Source: an uncultured Actinomycetes bacterium (GTDB lineage Bacteria > Actinomycetota > Actinomycetes > Nanopelagicales > Nanopelagicaceae). Taken from it: a stretch of 50,165 bases of DNA. Below, piece by piece: positions 37,122 to 46,819 of this stretch. The stretch lies in contig CAIUAO010000049.1 in NCBI GenBank assembly GCA_903897155.1, positions 1 to 50,165 of the forward strand. The letters are read 5' to 3'. The position numbers were made by a program, and so were the translations under genes. The notes below the pieces were generated by a model that was given only the letters and a program-made list of their open reading frames with translations, did not search any database and was not told the origin of the DNA. Every line of letters starts with the position of its first letter. Within the stretch, counting starts at the first letter, position 1.

Positions 37122-38155
37122 TTAAATGCCCCCGAAGCAAGGTTGTTGTTATAGAGGGTGTTCCACGTTTGAAAGAGAGCAAAGTCGTTTGTGAATCGGG
37201 TGTCATGGGGCTTAACTGTAATGAAATAGAGCCAGTTCCCGTCTAGAGGTTTAAGTGACGACGCAATCGCATCTGCTCCGGGGTTGCTAATAGGCGTAGG
37301 AGGCAAACCTGTATGGATGTAAGTGTTATATGGAGATGATATCTGCGTAGCTTTATTACTGAGCCCAATACGCCCTCGTAAATTTGCTGCATATTGAACC
37401 GTAGAATTAAGCTGTAAAGGCATCCCAAGCTTTAGTCGGTTATAAATTACTCGTGCGACTTTTGAAAAATTTGTTGGATCACCTTCAATTTGGACCATAG
37501 ATGCAATCGTTAGCACCTGATATGCCGAATACTTTTCATACCCATTTAAAAGCCCCGTGCTCTTAGCATTTATAAGGAAATGGCCCAGCATCTGCCCGAG
37601 TGCTTCATGGGTTGTTGTCTGGGGAGCAAATGAATAGCGAAGCGGGAATAGCTGGCCCTCTAAGGAGTGCGAGGCATTTGCTATAGGCGGTTTAAGTGAT
37701 GGGAGAGTATCTGCTTGAAGGAGCGCAGAATTTGCATGAAGTAACTTGAGCACATCAGAAAGTGTTGATCCTTCTTTTACAACCAGTGAATCAGCTATTC
37801 TCTTTTGATCAAGTAGCTGTGTAAGAGCCAGGGTTGAAGAAATGTGTGTTTGAATTCTATGAACGCCTGGGGCGATCCCCAGCCCCAGTTGTGATGCTGT
37901 AAGTTTTGCAACAAATACAGATGCTTTCTTCACAACCCCTTGCTGGGCAAGATCTGTAGCAATTGCGCTACCAATCTCGCCATTGGCGACAACGATTGAA
38001 ACTTCAGGGCCAGGGTGGGAGTCTGAAAAATCCTGTGGTTTTGTTGCAAGGATAAGACCAATAATCGCAATGATAATCACGAGCATTCCAATAACTATCG
38101 GACGCTTTTTGCCAGATAGTGATGCTTGGTTAAAGACAGGAAGTGAGTTACTCAT
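37118..38155 (-). CDS. mltG: Endolytic murein transglycosylase MltG (YceG-like)
   Basis: 345 aa with an N-terminal TM helix, a catalytic region (ASMVQIEG) and a PYNTYIHTGLPPTPISNPG block. The position ruvX-mltG-aroE is conserved. Confidence 0.87.
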   Translation of the reverse strand: MSNSLPVFNQASLSGKKRPIVIGMLVIIIAIIGLILATKPQDFSDSHPGPEVSIVVANGEIGSAIATDLAQQGVVKKASVFVAKLTASQLGLGIAPGVHRIQTHISSTLALTQLLDQKRIADSLVVKEGSTLSDVLKLLHANSALLQADTLPSLKPPIANASHSLEGQLFPLRYSFAPQTTTHEALGQMLGHFLINAKSTGLLNGYEKYSAYQVLTIASMVQIEGDPTNFSKVARVIYNRLKLGMPLQLNSTVQYAANLRGRIGLSNKATQISSPYNTYIHTGLPPTPISNPGADAIASSLKPLDGNWLYFITVKPHDTRFTNDFALFQTWNTLYNNNLASGAFK

Positions 38156-38592
38156 AGTGAGCCTGCAATTCTTTCTCGCTCCATAGCGCTTTCTAAGATC
38201 CCTACGGCAGCCATAGCATCAATCATTCCTTTACTGCTTTTTGCATCATGGCCTGCGCTACGAAGCTTTGCAGCGGCATTAACAGTAGATAGGCGCTCAT
38301 CGACTCTATGAACTGGAATAGATGAAAGTGTCTGAAGTAATTCAACGAAGTTTTGAACACTTTGCATTGCCTGACTATCTTTTCCAGATAAATGACGTGG
38401 TTGACCAACGACAAGATAAATAGGTTCGTATTCGCTAAGAAGTCCTTGAATCTGTGTAAGCAGACCAGCGTCTTGTGCTTGTAGCGTTGTTAAAGGAGTC
38501 GCAATTAAACCTGAAGCATCACTTATGGCAACGCCTATTCTTACCTGGCCATAATCAAATGCGATCCGTCGGCCCGGTTTCATAGTGCTCAA
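38152..38592 (-). CDS. ruvX: Holliday-junction-resolvase-like pre-16S rRNA nuclease RuvX/YqgF
   Basis: 146 aa with [17 protein letters not shown] and VDERLST motifs. It lies immediately downstream of alaS. Confidence 0.9.
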   Translation of the reverse strand: MSTMKPGRRIAFDYGQVRIGVAISDASGLIATPLTTLQAQDAGLLTQIQGLLSEYEPIYLVVGQPRHLSGKDSQAMQSVQNFVELLQTLSSIPVHRVDERLSTVNAAAKLRSAGHDAKSSKGMIDAMAAVGILESAMERERIAGSL

Positions 38593-41261
38593 TTCTTACC
38601 TAATGCAGCCTTAAGTTCTTTGATTGCCGCAGGTATCTTTGAAGCATCTGTTCCGCCACCCTGTGCAAAATCATCTTTACCGCCTCCGCCGCCACCCAGG
38701 ATCTGCGAACCAATTTTCACAAGCTCGCCAGCCTTGATGCCAGTTTTTTGGGCCTCAGATGAAGTTGCAACTACAAAGATCACTCGGTCAGATTGTATGG
38801 AGAATAGACCGACAACGCTCTTGGCTTGTCTGTTTCTTAGATCTAGCGCCATTGTTCGCAAGTCATCACCAGAAATCCCTGATTCAACTTCAGCAAAAAT
38901 TACAGAAGCTCCATTCAGGCTTTCAAAAGAATTAGCAAGAAGGGAAACACTAGCTAGTGCTTGGGCAGACTTAAATGCACCTAGTTCCTTTTCAAGTACT
39001 TTCATTCTGTTGACTAAATCAGAAATGCGCTCAGGAAGTTCTTCAACACGTGCACCCTTAATAATTTCAGTAAGTGAGTTCAGCAAAACATGTTCTTTTG
39101 CTAAATAAGAGAATGCATCTGCGCCAACCAGAGCCTCAACGCGCCTGACTCCAGCTCCAATTGATGATTCACTGAGCAACTTCACGACTCCAAGCTCGGC
39201 AGATGAATCCACATGCGTTCCTCCGCATAACTCCCTCGCCCAATCACCAACACTCACAACACGTACGCGGTCACCATACTTTTCACCAAACAGTGCCATC
39301 GCACCGATTTTTTTAGCTTCAGCTTGTGTCATTTCTTCTGCGCTCACTTCAAGATTTTCAATAAGCAGTGAGTTCACGCGCGCTTCAACATCATTGAACA
39401 CAGATGCTGGTACTGCCCCGCTTGCGGGAAAATCAAATCTAAAGCGGCCTGGAGCATTCTCAGATCCTGCTTGTGTTGCAGTTTCACCAAGTGCTTCTCT
39501 AAATGCTTTGTGGACCATATGTGTTGCTGTGTGTGCACGGGAAATGGCCTTACGTCTTCCTAGATCAATTCTCGCCATCACATCTTGGTTGACCTTAATC
39601 GAGCCTTTAATAATTGATCCACGGTGCACATATAAACCTGGGACAGGGCATTGCACATCATCAATTTCAATTTCTGCTCCGTTAGCCAAGGTGATTACTC
39701 CGCCATCGGCAAGTTGTCCTCCACCTTCAGCATAAAAAGGAGTTCTACTTAGAACAATCTCTACCTCGCCACTACCAGCTTCTTGCACATTTTGACCATC
39801 AACTAAAATTGCTTGGAGCTGTGCTTCTGCCTCATTTTTCGTGTATCCGATAAATTCACTCTTGCCCCGAGCATCCATAACTTTTCGATATTCAGATAGG
39901 TCGGTATGCCCGCTCTTCTTCGACTTTGCATCTGCCTTAGCGCGATCTTTCTGCTCATTCATCAATTTGCGGAAACCAGCCTCATCAACCTTAAGACCCT
40001 GCTCTGTGGCCATTTCAAGCGTTAAATCAAATGGGAAACCGTAAGTATCATGGAGTTTAAAGACCGTATCTCCTGCAAGGGTCGCACTCTTACTAGATTT
40101 CACTTCAGTAGAAGCCATATCAAAAATTTGAGTACCACTCTTTAGTGTCGCTAGGAATGAATCTTCTTCAGCTTCTGAAACTGCGAGAATTCTCTTACTC
40201 TCCGACTTAAGCTCAGGATACTGAGGAGACATTGCGCCAATTGAAGCTTTAATCAATTCATTTAAATTATGATCTGGTGCACCCAAGATCCGCATGTTGC
40301 GGATTGTTCTTCGCATCATGCGTCGCAAGACATACCCTCTACCTTCGTTGCCGGGTAGGACGCCGTCGCCGATAAGCATCATCGCTGTTCGTGCGTGATC
40401 TGCAACGACTCGAAGGGAAACGTCATTTCGGCTACTTGTTCCATACTTCACGCCTGCGAGCTCAGAGGCCTTACTTAGAATCTGCATTGTTGTGTCGATT
40501 TCATAAATATTTTCAACACCTTGTAATAGCGCCGCCATGCGCTCAAGTCCTAAGCCAGTATCAATATTCTTTGCTGGCAACTCTCCGATAATTGGATAGT
40601 CATCTTTTGTGCCACCATCTGCGCGGATATTTTGCATGAAGACCAAATTCCAGACTTCAAGATAACGGTCTTCATCTGCAACAGGACCGCCCTCTTTCCC
40701 ATAGGCAGGGCCACGGTCATAGTAAATTTCTGAACATGGACCACATGGACCAGCGACGCCCATCGACCAGAAGTTGTCAGCCATTCCTCTACGTTGAATG
40801 CGCTCTGTTGGGACTCCGACGACCTTGTGCCAAATATCTGCAGCTTCATCATCGTTATGGAAAACAGTCACCCAAAGTTTTTCTTCAGGAAATCCATATC
40901 CGCCATCAGCGATAGGTTTTGTCAGCAAATCCCACGCTAGTGTTATTGCACCTTCTTTGAAATAATCACCGAATGAAAAGTTTCCACACATTTGAAAGAA
41001 AGAGGCGTGACGCGTTGTTTTTCCAACTTCATCAATATCTAATGTGCGTACGCACTTTTGAACAGATGTCGCTCGTTTAAATGGTGGTTGCACTTCACCT
41101 AAAAAGTAGGGCTTGAACGGAACCATTCCTGCATTTACTAAGAGAAGGTTGGGGTCATCTGCAATAAGTGAGGCAGAAGGAACAACCGTATGGGTTAAAC
41201 CCTGTGGGTTGCCTGATTCAAAAAAGCGCAGCCATCGCGCTCTGATTTCAGCAGATTCCAC
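38589..41261 (-). CDS. alaS: Alanine--tRNA ligase
   Basis: 890 aa with class II motifs, an editing-domain HxxxH/CxxxH (HTATH...CGGTH) and a C-terminal DHHA1-like domain with a GGGGGK stretch. Confidence 0.98.
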   Translation of the reverse strand: MESAEIRARWLRFFESGNPQGLTHTVVPSASLIADDPNLLLVNAGMVPFKPYFLGEVQPPFKRATSVQKCVRTLDIDEVGKTTRHASFFQMCGNFSFGDYFKEGAITLAWDLLTKPIADGGYGFPEEKLWVTVFHNDDEAADIWHKVVGVPTERIQRRGMADNFWSMGVAGPCGPCSEIYYDRGPAYGKEGGPVADEDRYLEVWNLVFMQNIRADGGTKDDYPIIGELPAKNIDTGLGLERMAALLQGVENIYEIDTTMQILSKASELAGVKYGTSSRNDVSLRVVADHARTAMMLIGDGVLPGNEGRGYVLRRMMRRTIRNMRILGAPDHNLNELIKASIGAMSPQYPELKSESKRILAVSEAEEDSFLATLKSGTQIFDMASTEVKSSKSATLAGDTVFKLHDTYGFPFDLTLEMATEQGLKVDEAGFRKLMNEQKDRAKADAKSKKSGHTDLSEYRKVMDARGKSEFIGYTKNEAEAQLQAILVDGQNVQEAGSGEVEIVLSRTPFYAEGGGQLADGGVITLANGAEIEIDDVQCPVPGLYVHRGSIIKGSIKVNQDVMARIDLGRRKAISRAHTATHMVHKAFREALGETATQAGSENAPGRFRFDFPASGAVPASVFNDVEARVNSLLIENLEVSAEEMTQAEAKKIGAMALFGEKYGDRVRVVSVGDWARELCGGTHVDSSAELGVVKLLSESSIGAGVRRVEALVGADAFSYLAKEHVLLNSLTEIIKGARVEELPERISDLVNRMKVLEKELGAFKSAQALASVSLLANSFESLNGASVIFAEVESGISGDDLRTMALDLRNRQAKSVVGLFSIQSDRVIFVVATSSEAQKTGIKAGELVKIGSQILGGGGGGKDDFAQGGGTDASKIPAAIKELKAALGKN

Positions 41262-41265
41262 CGGC

Positions 41266-41550
41266 TTACTCGTGCTCCCTTGAGGAATTATTTTTGCGGT
41301 TCGGAATCAGCGACACAAGTGAACCTAATACCTTAAGCACGCCCGTATTCTTTTCAGTAAGCGTAGTTACCAAGGTATTGACCTTTTGAGTCATGTTCTC
41401 GGCAGTAGTGACAATGCGATTTGCGCTACGAACGGTCTTTTGGACTTCATCGATCAAACGAGAAAGACGAACGATTGTGTAACCAAGCGCCAAGGCAATA
41501 ATCAACAACGAACATGAAGCGATTATTGTTGCAATTCCACCTGGACCCAT
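41266..41550 (-). CDS. Small membrane-anchored coiled-coil protein (DUF948-like)
   Basis: 94 aa with one N-terminal TM helix ([22 protein letters not shown]) followed by a helical region. The family assignment comes from overall architecture and the position upstream of alaS, not from a strong motif. Confidence 0.45.
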   Translation of the reverse strand: MGPGGIATIIASCSLLIIALALGYTIVRLSRLIDEVQKTVRSANRIVTTAENMTQKVNTLVTTLTEKNTGVLKVLGSLVSLIPNRKNNSSREHE

Positions 41551-41556
41551 ATCGCT

Positions 41557-41562
41557 AGCCTA
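41557..41562 (-). promoter_or_regulatory. -10-like hexamer TAGGCT, 6 nt upstream of the ATG at 41550 (predicted leaderless DUF948-alaS-ruvX-mltG-aroE transcript)
   Basis: The minus strand reads TAGGCT-agcgat-ATG with no SD. Confidence 0.4.
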
Positions 41563-41591
41563 CCCGAACGGATTGGTACGGGTGCTCAGAA

Positions 41592-43340
41592 TTACTGTTT
41601 CTCAGGTACGAAATCCACGCCAGCTTCTTTACGTTGGGCGGCAGTAATTGGCGTAGGAGCCCCAGTAAGTGGATCTCCCCCGCTGGCAGTCTTTGGAAAT
41701 GCAATCACTTCACGGATTGATTCTGCGCCACTTAATAGCGCGCATAGCCGATCCATTCCTAGAGCAATTCCGCCATGAGGTGGTGGTCCATAATTAAATG
41801 CTTCGAGTAAAAATCCAAACTTACTCGTAGCTTCATCCGGTGTAAGGCCGATGACATCAAATACGCGGCTTTGCATCTTGCGATCATGAATACGAATTGA
41901 TCCCCCGCCGATTTCATTTCCATTCAAGACAATGTCATATGCATATGCCAAAGCATTTGCTGGGTCCACATCAAAAGTATCTGCGAACTCTGGCTTTGGA
42001 CCAGTAAATGGGTGGTGAACGGCAGTCCATCCAGATTGTGGGTTTTCTGCATCAACTAATTCAAACATTGGCGCATCAACAATCCAGACAAATTCCCAGG
42101 CTTTTTCGTTAATAAGATTACAACGACGGCCAATCTCTAAACGAACAGCGCCCAGTAATTGCTGGGAAGAGCTCTTATTTCCGGCAGCAAAAAAGATTGC
42201 ATCCCCTGGCTTTGCTGCGCAATGAGCAGCAATCTTTGATGCTTCATCTTCAGAAAGATTCTTTGCAACTGGTCCGCCGAGTGTGCCGTCCGCTTGCACC
42301 AAAATATATGCAAGGCCTTTTGCCCCGCGAGCTTTCGCCCAATCTTGCCAAGCATCTAACTCCCTGCGCGGTGAATCAGCGCCCCCAGGCATAACAATCG
42401 CGCCTACATAATCTGCTTGTAAAACACGGAATGTAGTTTGTGCAAAAAATTCCTTACATTCAATGATCTCTTGAGCAAAGCGAAGATCAGGCTTATCTGA
42501 ACCAAAGCGGCGCATCGCTTCTAAATAGGTCATGCGTGCGATTGGTAGAGGGATCTCATAATTCACGGTCTTCTTAAATACATCTGCCAAAATTTCTTCA
42601 GCGACCTTAAGTACATCTTCTTGATCTACAAAAGACATTTCAATATCTAACTGGGTAAATTCTGGTTGACGATCAGCCCTGAAGTCTTCATCTCTGAAGC
42701 ATCGGGCAATCTGGTAATAGCGCTCCATTCCAGCAACCATCAGTAACTGCTTAAAGAGTTGAGGCGACTGTGGGAGGGCATACCAACTACCTGGTTGCAG
42801 GCGAACTGGAACAAGGAAATCACGTGCACCTTCTGGAGTTGATCGAGTGAGGTACGGCGTTTCGATCTCAAGAAAATCAAGGCTATCCATCACGCCGCGA
42901 ATTGTTGATGTGACCTTAGAACGCATACGAAGATTACGTGCTGGTTCTTCTCTGCGCAGGTCAAGGTATCGATACTTCAGGCGAATTTCTTCGCTGATAT
43001 TTGAAACCTCCCCGCTATCAACTGGAAAAGGAAGGGCAGCTGCTTCACTTAATACTTTAAGTTCCAAGCAATCTACTTCGATCTCCCCGGTCGGAATATT
43101 TGGGTTTTCATTTCCGTCAGGACGAACACGTACTGTGCCCGTGATTAATACGCACCATTCTGCGCGAAGTGCGCCAGCAATCTCATCTTTTATAACTACT
43201 TGAACGGCGCCAGTGGAATCGCGCAGATCAATAAAAGCAACTCCCCCATGATCTCGGCGTCTTGCAACCCAGCCAGCCAAAGTAACGGTGGTCCCAGCAT
43301 CTTTCTTAGAAAGCGTGCCTGCGCTATGTGTGCGTAGCAT
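41592..43340 (-). CDS. aspS: Aspartate--tRNA ligase (bacterial type, possibly non-discriminating)
   Basis: 582 aa with an OB-fold N-domain, class II motifs ([33 protein letters not shown]) and the GAD insertion. Confidence 0.97.
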   Translation of the reverse strand: MLRTHSAGTLSKKDAGTTVTLAGWVARRRDHGGVAFIDLRDSTGAVQVVIKDEIAGALRAEWCVLITGTVRVRPDGNENPNIPTGEIEVDCLELKVLSEAAALPFPVDSGEVSNISEEIRLKYRYLDLRREEPARNLRMRSKVTSTIRGVMDSLDFLEIETPYLTRSTPEGARDFLVPVRLQPGSWYALPQSPQLFKQLLMVAGMERYYQIARCFRDEDFRADRQPEFTQLDIEMSFVDQEDVLKVAEEILADVFKKTVNYEIPLPIARMTYLEAMRRFGSDKPDLRFAQEIIECKEFFAQTTFRVLQADYVGAIVMPGGADSPRRELDAWQDWAKARGAKGLAYILVQADGTLGGPVAKNLSEDEASKIAAHCAAKPGDAIFFAAGNKSSSQQLLGAVRLEIGRRCNLINEKAWEFVWIVDAPMFELVDAENPQSGWTAVHHPFTGPKPEFADTFDVDPANALAYAYDIVLNGNEIGGGSIRIHDRKMQSRVFDVIGLTPDEATSKFGFLLEAFNYGPPPHGGIALGMDRLCALLSGAESIREVIAFPKTASGGDPLTGAPTPITAAQRKEAGVDFVPEKQ

Positions 43341-44612
43341 TTAAGAATGTTCTCCCAAATTCACTGTGCGTGAAATTAATTCGTTCGCCAAAGAGCCAAG
43401 AGTAACTGAAACGCTCTCACCAGATTTCATGTTTTTAAGCGCAACGTTCTTGCTTGCCACTTCATCTGCCCCAAGAACGATGGAGTATCTAGCTCCACTC
43501 TTATCTGCTGCTTTCATTCCACCTTTTAATGCGCGATCTCCAAATGCCATATCAACTGCAAGTCCGCGGCTACGCAATTCCTCTGCCAAGAGGAGGGCAT
43601 CCTGTGATGTGCCAAGAGGAACAATAAAAAGGTCAAGCCCTAAATCTTCAGGGATAGCAAGTCCTTCTGCTTCACATGCCAGCAGTATGCGATCAACGCC
43701 CAAGCCATAACCAATACCTGAAAGTTCTGATCCACCAAGCTCTGCCATTAGCCCGTCATAGCGGCCACCGCCACCAATGCCTGATTGGGCGCCAAGTCCA
43801 TCATGAACAAATTCAAATGCTGTTCCTGTGTAGTAATCCAAACCACGTACCATGCGGTTGTTTACAACAAATTTTATTCCAAGTGAAGTGAGAAGTGACT
43901 TCACTGCTTCAAAGTCTGTTGAACTCTCAAGTGTGAGAAAATCCATAAGCACTGGTGCCTTTTCTAGCGCCTTCTTAATTTCTTCCCTCTTGTCATCAAA
44001 AAGCCGCAACGGATTAATATCTGCGCGCGCCTTAGTCTCCTCATCAAGTGAGATTCCTGAAATAAAAGCTCGTAACTCTTTTAAATACGCAGTACGTGTC
44101 TTGCTATCTCCTAATGAGGTTATTTCAAGTCGATAGTTTTTTAGACCAAGCTCTTTAAGACCACGATCTGCAATTGCAATAACTTCAGCATCTATTAACG
44201 GGTCTGAAATTCCAATCGCTTCGATCCCCACTTGATAAAACTGACGATAGCGACCAGCCTGAGGACGCTCTGCGCGAAAGAAGGCACCTGAATAAAAAAC
44301 TTTGACAGGAAGTTGCCCACGATCAAGGTTATGTTCGATAACAGCTCTAACAACACCTGCTGTACCTTCTGGGCGCAGAGTAATTGATCGACCACCACGA
44401 TCTTCAAATGTATACATCTCTTTTCGAACAACATCTGTGGATTCACCGACGCCCCTGGTGAAGAGCTCTGTATCTTCAAATACAGGTAGCTCCATAAGTT
44501 CATAACCCGCGCCTCGCGCAGTTTCAATCAAAGTTGACCTAACAAATTCAAAATGGGCAGAGCGAGGTGAGAAGTATTCACTGACGCCCTTTGGCGCTTG
44601 GAATTTACTCAC
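43341..44612 (-). CDS. hisS: Histidine--tRNA ligase
   Basis: 423 aa with class II motifs ([28 protein letters not shown]) and a C-terminal anticodon-binding domain. Confidence 0.97.
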   Translation of the reverse strand: MSKFQAPKGVSEYFSPRSAHFEFVRSTLIETARGAGYELMELPVFEDTELFTRGVGESTDVVRKEMYTFEDRGGRSITLRPEGTAGVVRAVIEHNLDRGQLPVKVFYSGAFFRAERPQAGRYRQFYQVGIEAIGISDPLIDAEVIAIADRGLKELGLKNYRLEITSLGDSKTRTAYLKELRAFISGISLDEETKARADINPLRLFDDKREEIKKALEKAPVLMDFLTLESSTDFEAVKSLLTSLGIKFVVNNRMVRGLDYYTGTAFEFVHDGLGAQSGIGGGGRYDGLMAELGGSELSGIGYGLGVDRILLACEAEGLAIPEDLGLDLFIVPLGTSQDALLLAEELRSRGLAVDMAFGDRALKGGMKAADKSGARYSIVLGADEVASKNVALKNMKSGESVSVTLGSLANELISRTVNLGEHS

Positions 44613-45301
44613 TCTTTTTTTCCCTTCAAAAAATCATCTTGCAGGTACGGGTTGTTCTTACGCTCGTGGCCAATTGTAGTTTCTCGGCCATGGCCAGGTA
44701 GGACTTTTAAGTGATCTCCCAGAGGAAGAACTACGTTTTGCAGTGATTTCTTCATATCTTCTGCTGATCCAAGCAGTAGATCGGTCCGTCCAATGGAATT
44801 GGCAAAAAGCACATCTCCGGAGATGAGGTACTCATCGTCCACGCTAAACATTGTCGAGCCAGGAGTGTGGCCGGGTGAGTGATAGGCCTTAATCTTCATG
44901 CCAATTAATGAAAATTCTTGGCCATGCTTAAGTTCTTGCACATCATGTGGCTCTTTAAAATCTTTTACGCCCAGTTCCTTCAAAAGAGTACTAATTCCAC
45001 CATCAGCTGCTAATAACTTAAAGGGGTCGGCAAGAAATGCTCGATCCTTGGAATGAACATACGTCGCTACCTGATACTTATCGTCAAAGGGTTGAACAGA
45101 AAATGTGTGATCAAGATGTCCATGCGTAACAATCGTTGCTATCGGTTTTAAATTATGTTTTTCTAATACATCACTGATATGACCCACCATATTGGGGACA
45201 CAGATCCCTGGGTCCACTATGAAGCATTCAGAGTTCTTGGCTGGGGCGAATATCCAACAGTTGGTTCCGAAGTATTCGGCAGGAATTACCTCAAGAATCA
45301 C
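44609..45301 (-). CDS. MBL-fold metallo-hydrolase (glyoxalase II-like)
   Basis: 230 aa with THGHLDH and HSPGHTPG motifs. It lies upstream of hisS, as in mycobacteria. It has a GTG start with no convincing SD. Confidence 0.8.
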   Translation of the reverse strand: MILEVIPAEYFGTNCWIFAPAKNSECFIVDPGICVPNMVGHISDVLEKHNLKPIATIVTHGHLDHTFSVQPFDDKYQVATYVHSKDRAFLADPFKLLAADGGISTLLKELGVKDFKEPHDVQELKHGQEFSLIGMKIKAYHSPGHTPGSTMFSVDDEYLISGDVLFANSIGRTDLLLGSAEDMKKSLQNVVLPLGDHLKVLPGHGRETTIGHERKNNPYLQDDFLKGKKE

Positions 45302-45442
45302 CCTTATTCACAACCTTCCACGCTCACCTCACCATAGGGCACTTTTGCCGCAGCAGGCTTTAAGGGTACCTTTAAGCCACTAAACCTTGGGTTTGTGACC
45401 CGCACATGTGGGAAGCAACTCAATATATGCCGCTATAACGAA

Positions 45443-45459
45443 GATCAAAATTTTTGATC
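45443..45459. promoter_or_regulatory. Perfect inverted repeat GATCAAAA-T-TTTTGATC (candidate operator) upstream of the DUF349 gene
   Basis: It has 8 bp arms and a 1 nt spacer, ends 25 nt before the ATG at 45485, and lies just upstream of the GAAGGAG SD. The spacer is too short for an RNA hairpin loop, so a dimeric DNA-binding site is the more natural reading. Confidence 0.3.
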
Positions 45460-45484
45460 AACGCGCAACCGAAGGAGATAACTG

Positions 45485-46816
45485 ATGGACAACGTGGAAA
45501 ATGTAAACGGGCAAGAGAACAATCAAGTAGCCCAAACACCCTCACCAGCATCCGCACTTGTCGGTGATCCATCAAAATTCGGTCGCGTTGGCGATGATGG
45601 CATTGTTTATGTCATCACTCCAGAAGGTGAAAAGGCTGTTGGTTCATACCCAGGCAAAAGCCACCCAGAAGCACTCGCATATTTCGTCCGTAAATTTGAA
45701 GCACTTGCATCAGAAGTCGCACTGCTCGGTGCTCGTATTAAAAGTGGCGCAATGGTTCCATCTGACGCCGCAGCAGCTGTCTCAAAACTTCGTGAGCAAC
45801 TCTCATCCCTTAATGGTGTTGGAGATTTAGTTGCTTTGGCTCATTCCATCGAACATATTCCAACACTTATCGATGAGCACCGCAGCGCCTATGAGGCTCG
45901 CAAAGAAGCAGAAAAAGCCGTCAAGGAAGCAAAGCGCGCTCAAGCCCTCATCGCAAAAGAAAAGATTGTTGCAGAGGCTGAAACACATGCCCTATCAGAA
46001 AATTGGAAGTTCACGGGAGATCGCCTCAAAGTTCTCCTTGATGAATGGAAAGTAGCGGCTCGTTTAGATAAGAAGACGGATGCAGAACTGTGGAAGCGCT
46101 TCTCCTCTTCACGTAATAAATTTGATAAGCGCAGACGCACCCACTTTGCCCAACTTGAGACACAGAGCGCTCAGGTTGCTCAGACCAAAGCCCAAATCAT
46201 TGAGGAAGCAAAATCTCTTGCCAATTCAAAAGATTGGCTTGCAACAGCTAACCGCTTTAAAGAACTCATGAATGCTTGGAAGGCTGCCGGGCGCGGAAAA
46301 AAGAACGTCGATACAAAGCTTTGGGAAGAATTTAAAACAGCTCAAGATACTTTCTTTGCTGCCAAGAAGGCTGACCTTGAAAAGCGCCAAGGAACAATGG
46401 CGACAAATCTTGCTAAGCGTGAGGCCCTACTTCCAGAATTTGAAGCCCTGCTTCCAGTCACGAATGTGAAGGATGCTCGTAAGAAGTTCCGTGATCTGAT
46501 GGATCAATGGGAGCGAATCGGCATGACTGAGCGAAATAAGCGTGGATCAATGGAAGCAAAAATTGAAAAGATTCAATCTGAAATAGATGAGCTCCATCAA
46601 CAAGAATCACGCAAAAGTGATCCGACTGCGATTGCTCATGCAAATACCGTCGTTCAAGGTCTACTTGATGCCATTGAAAGTTATGAGAAGCAGGCTGCAA
46701 AGGCTGAAGCTGCTGGAAATGTAGCCAAGGCAATGGTTGCTCGCGAAGCTGCTGCGGCTCGTCGCGGTTGGTTAGAGGAAGCGCAAAAGGGACTTTCCGA
46801 GTTTAAGAAAGCCTAA
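45485..46816 (+). CDS. DUF349 domain-containing protein
   Basis: 443 aa, helical and rich in Lys, Glu and Ala. It is preceded by GAAGGAG. It contains repeated modules of the form W..T..RFKELM..WK.AGR..K..D..LW..F......F, typical of DUF349. Confidence 0.8.
   Translation: MDNVENVNGQENNQVAQTPSPASALVGDPSKFGRVGDDGIVYVITPEGEKAVGSYPGKSHPEALAYFVRKFEALASEVALLGARIKSGAMVPSDAAAAVSKLREQLSSLNGVGDLVALAHSIEHIPTLIDEHRSAYEARKEAEKAVKEAKRAQALIAKEKIVAEAETHALSENWKFTGDRLKVLLDEWKVAARLDKKTDAELWKRFSSSRNKFDKRRRTHFAQLETQSAQVAQTKAQIIEEAKSLANSKDWLATANRFKELMNAWKAAGRGKKNVDTKLWEEFKTAQDTFFAAKKADLEKRQGTMATNLAKREALLPEFEALLPVTNVKDARKKFRDLMDQWERIGMTERNKRGSMEAKIEKIQSEIDELHQQESRKSDPTAIAHANTVVQGLLDAIESYEKQAAKAEAAGNVAKAMVAREAAAARRGWLEEAQKGLSEFKKA
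45998..46540 (+). repeat. Intragenic tandem protein-level repeats (three DUF349 modules, the third partial)
   Basis: Module 1 is aa 172-247 (NWKFTGDRLKVLLDEWKVAARLDKKTDAELWKRFSSSRNKFDKRR...). Module 2 is aa 250-325 (DWLATANRFKELMNAWKAAGRGKKNVDTKLWEEFKTAQDTFFAAKK...). Module 3 is aa 327-352 (NVKDARKKFRDLMDQWERIGMTERNK). The similarity is at protein level only. I did not see long identical DNA repeats. Confidence 0.5.
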
Positions 46817-46819
46817 GCA

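Noticed and set aside
41562-41583. A possible stem (ACCCG ... CGGGT, 12 nt loop) after the aspS stop
   Set aside because: A 5 bp stem with a large unstructured loop and no U-tract is not convincing as an intrinsic terminator. It directly abuts the predicted -10 of the next unit.
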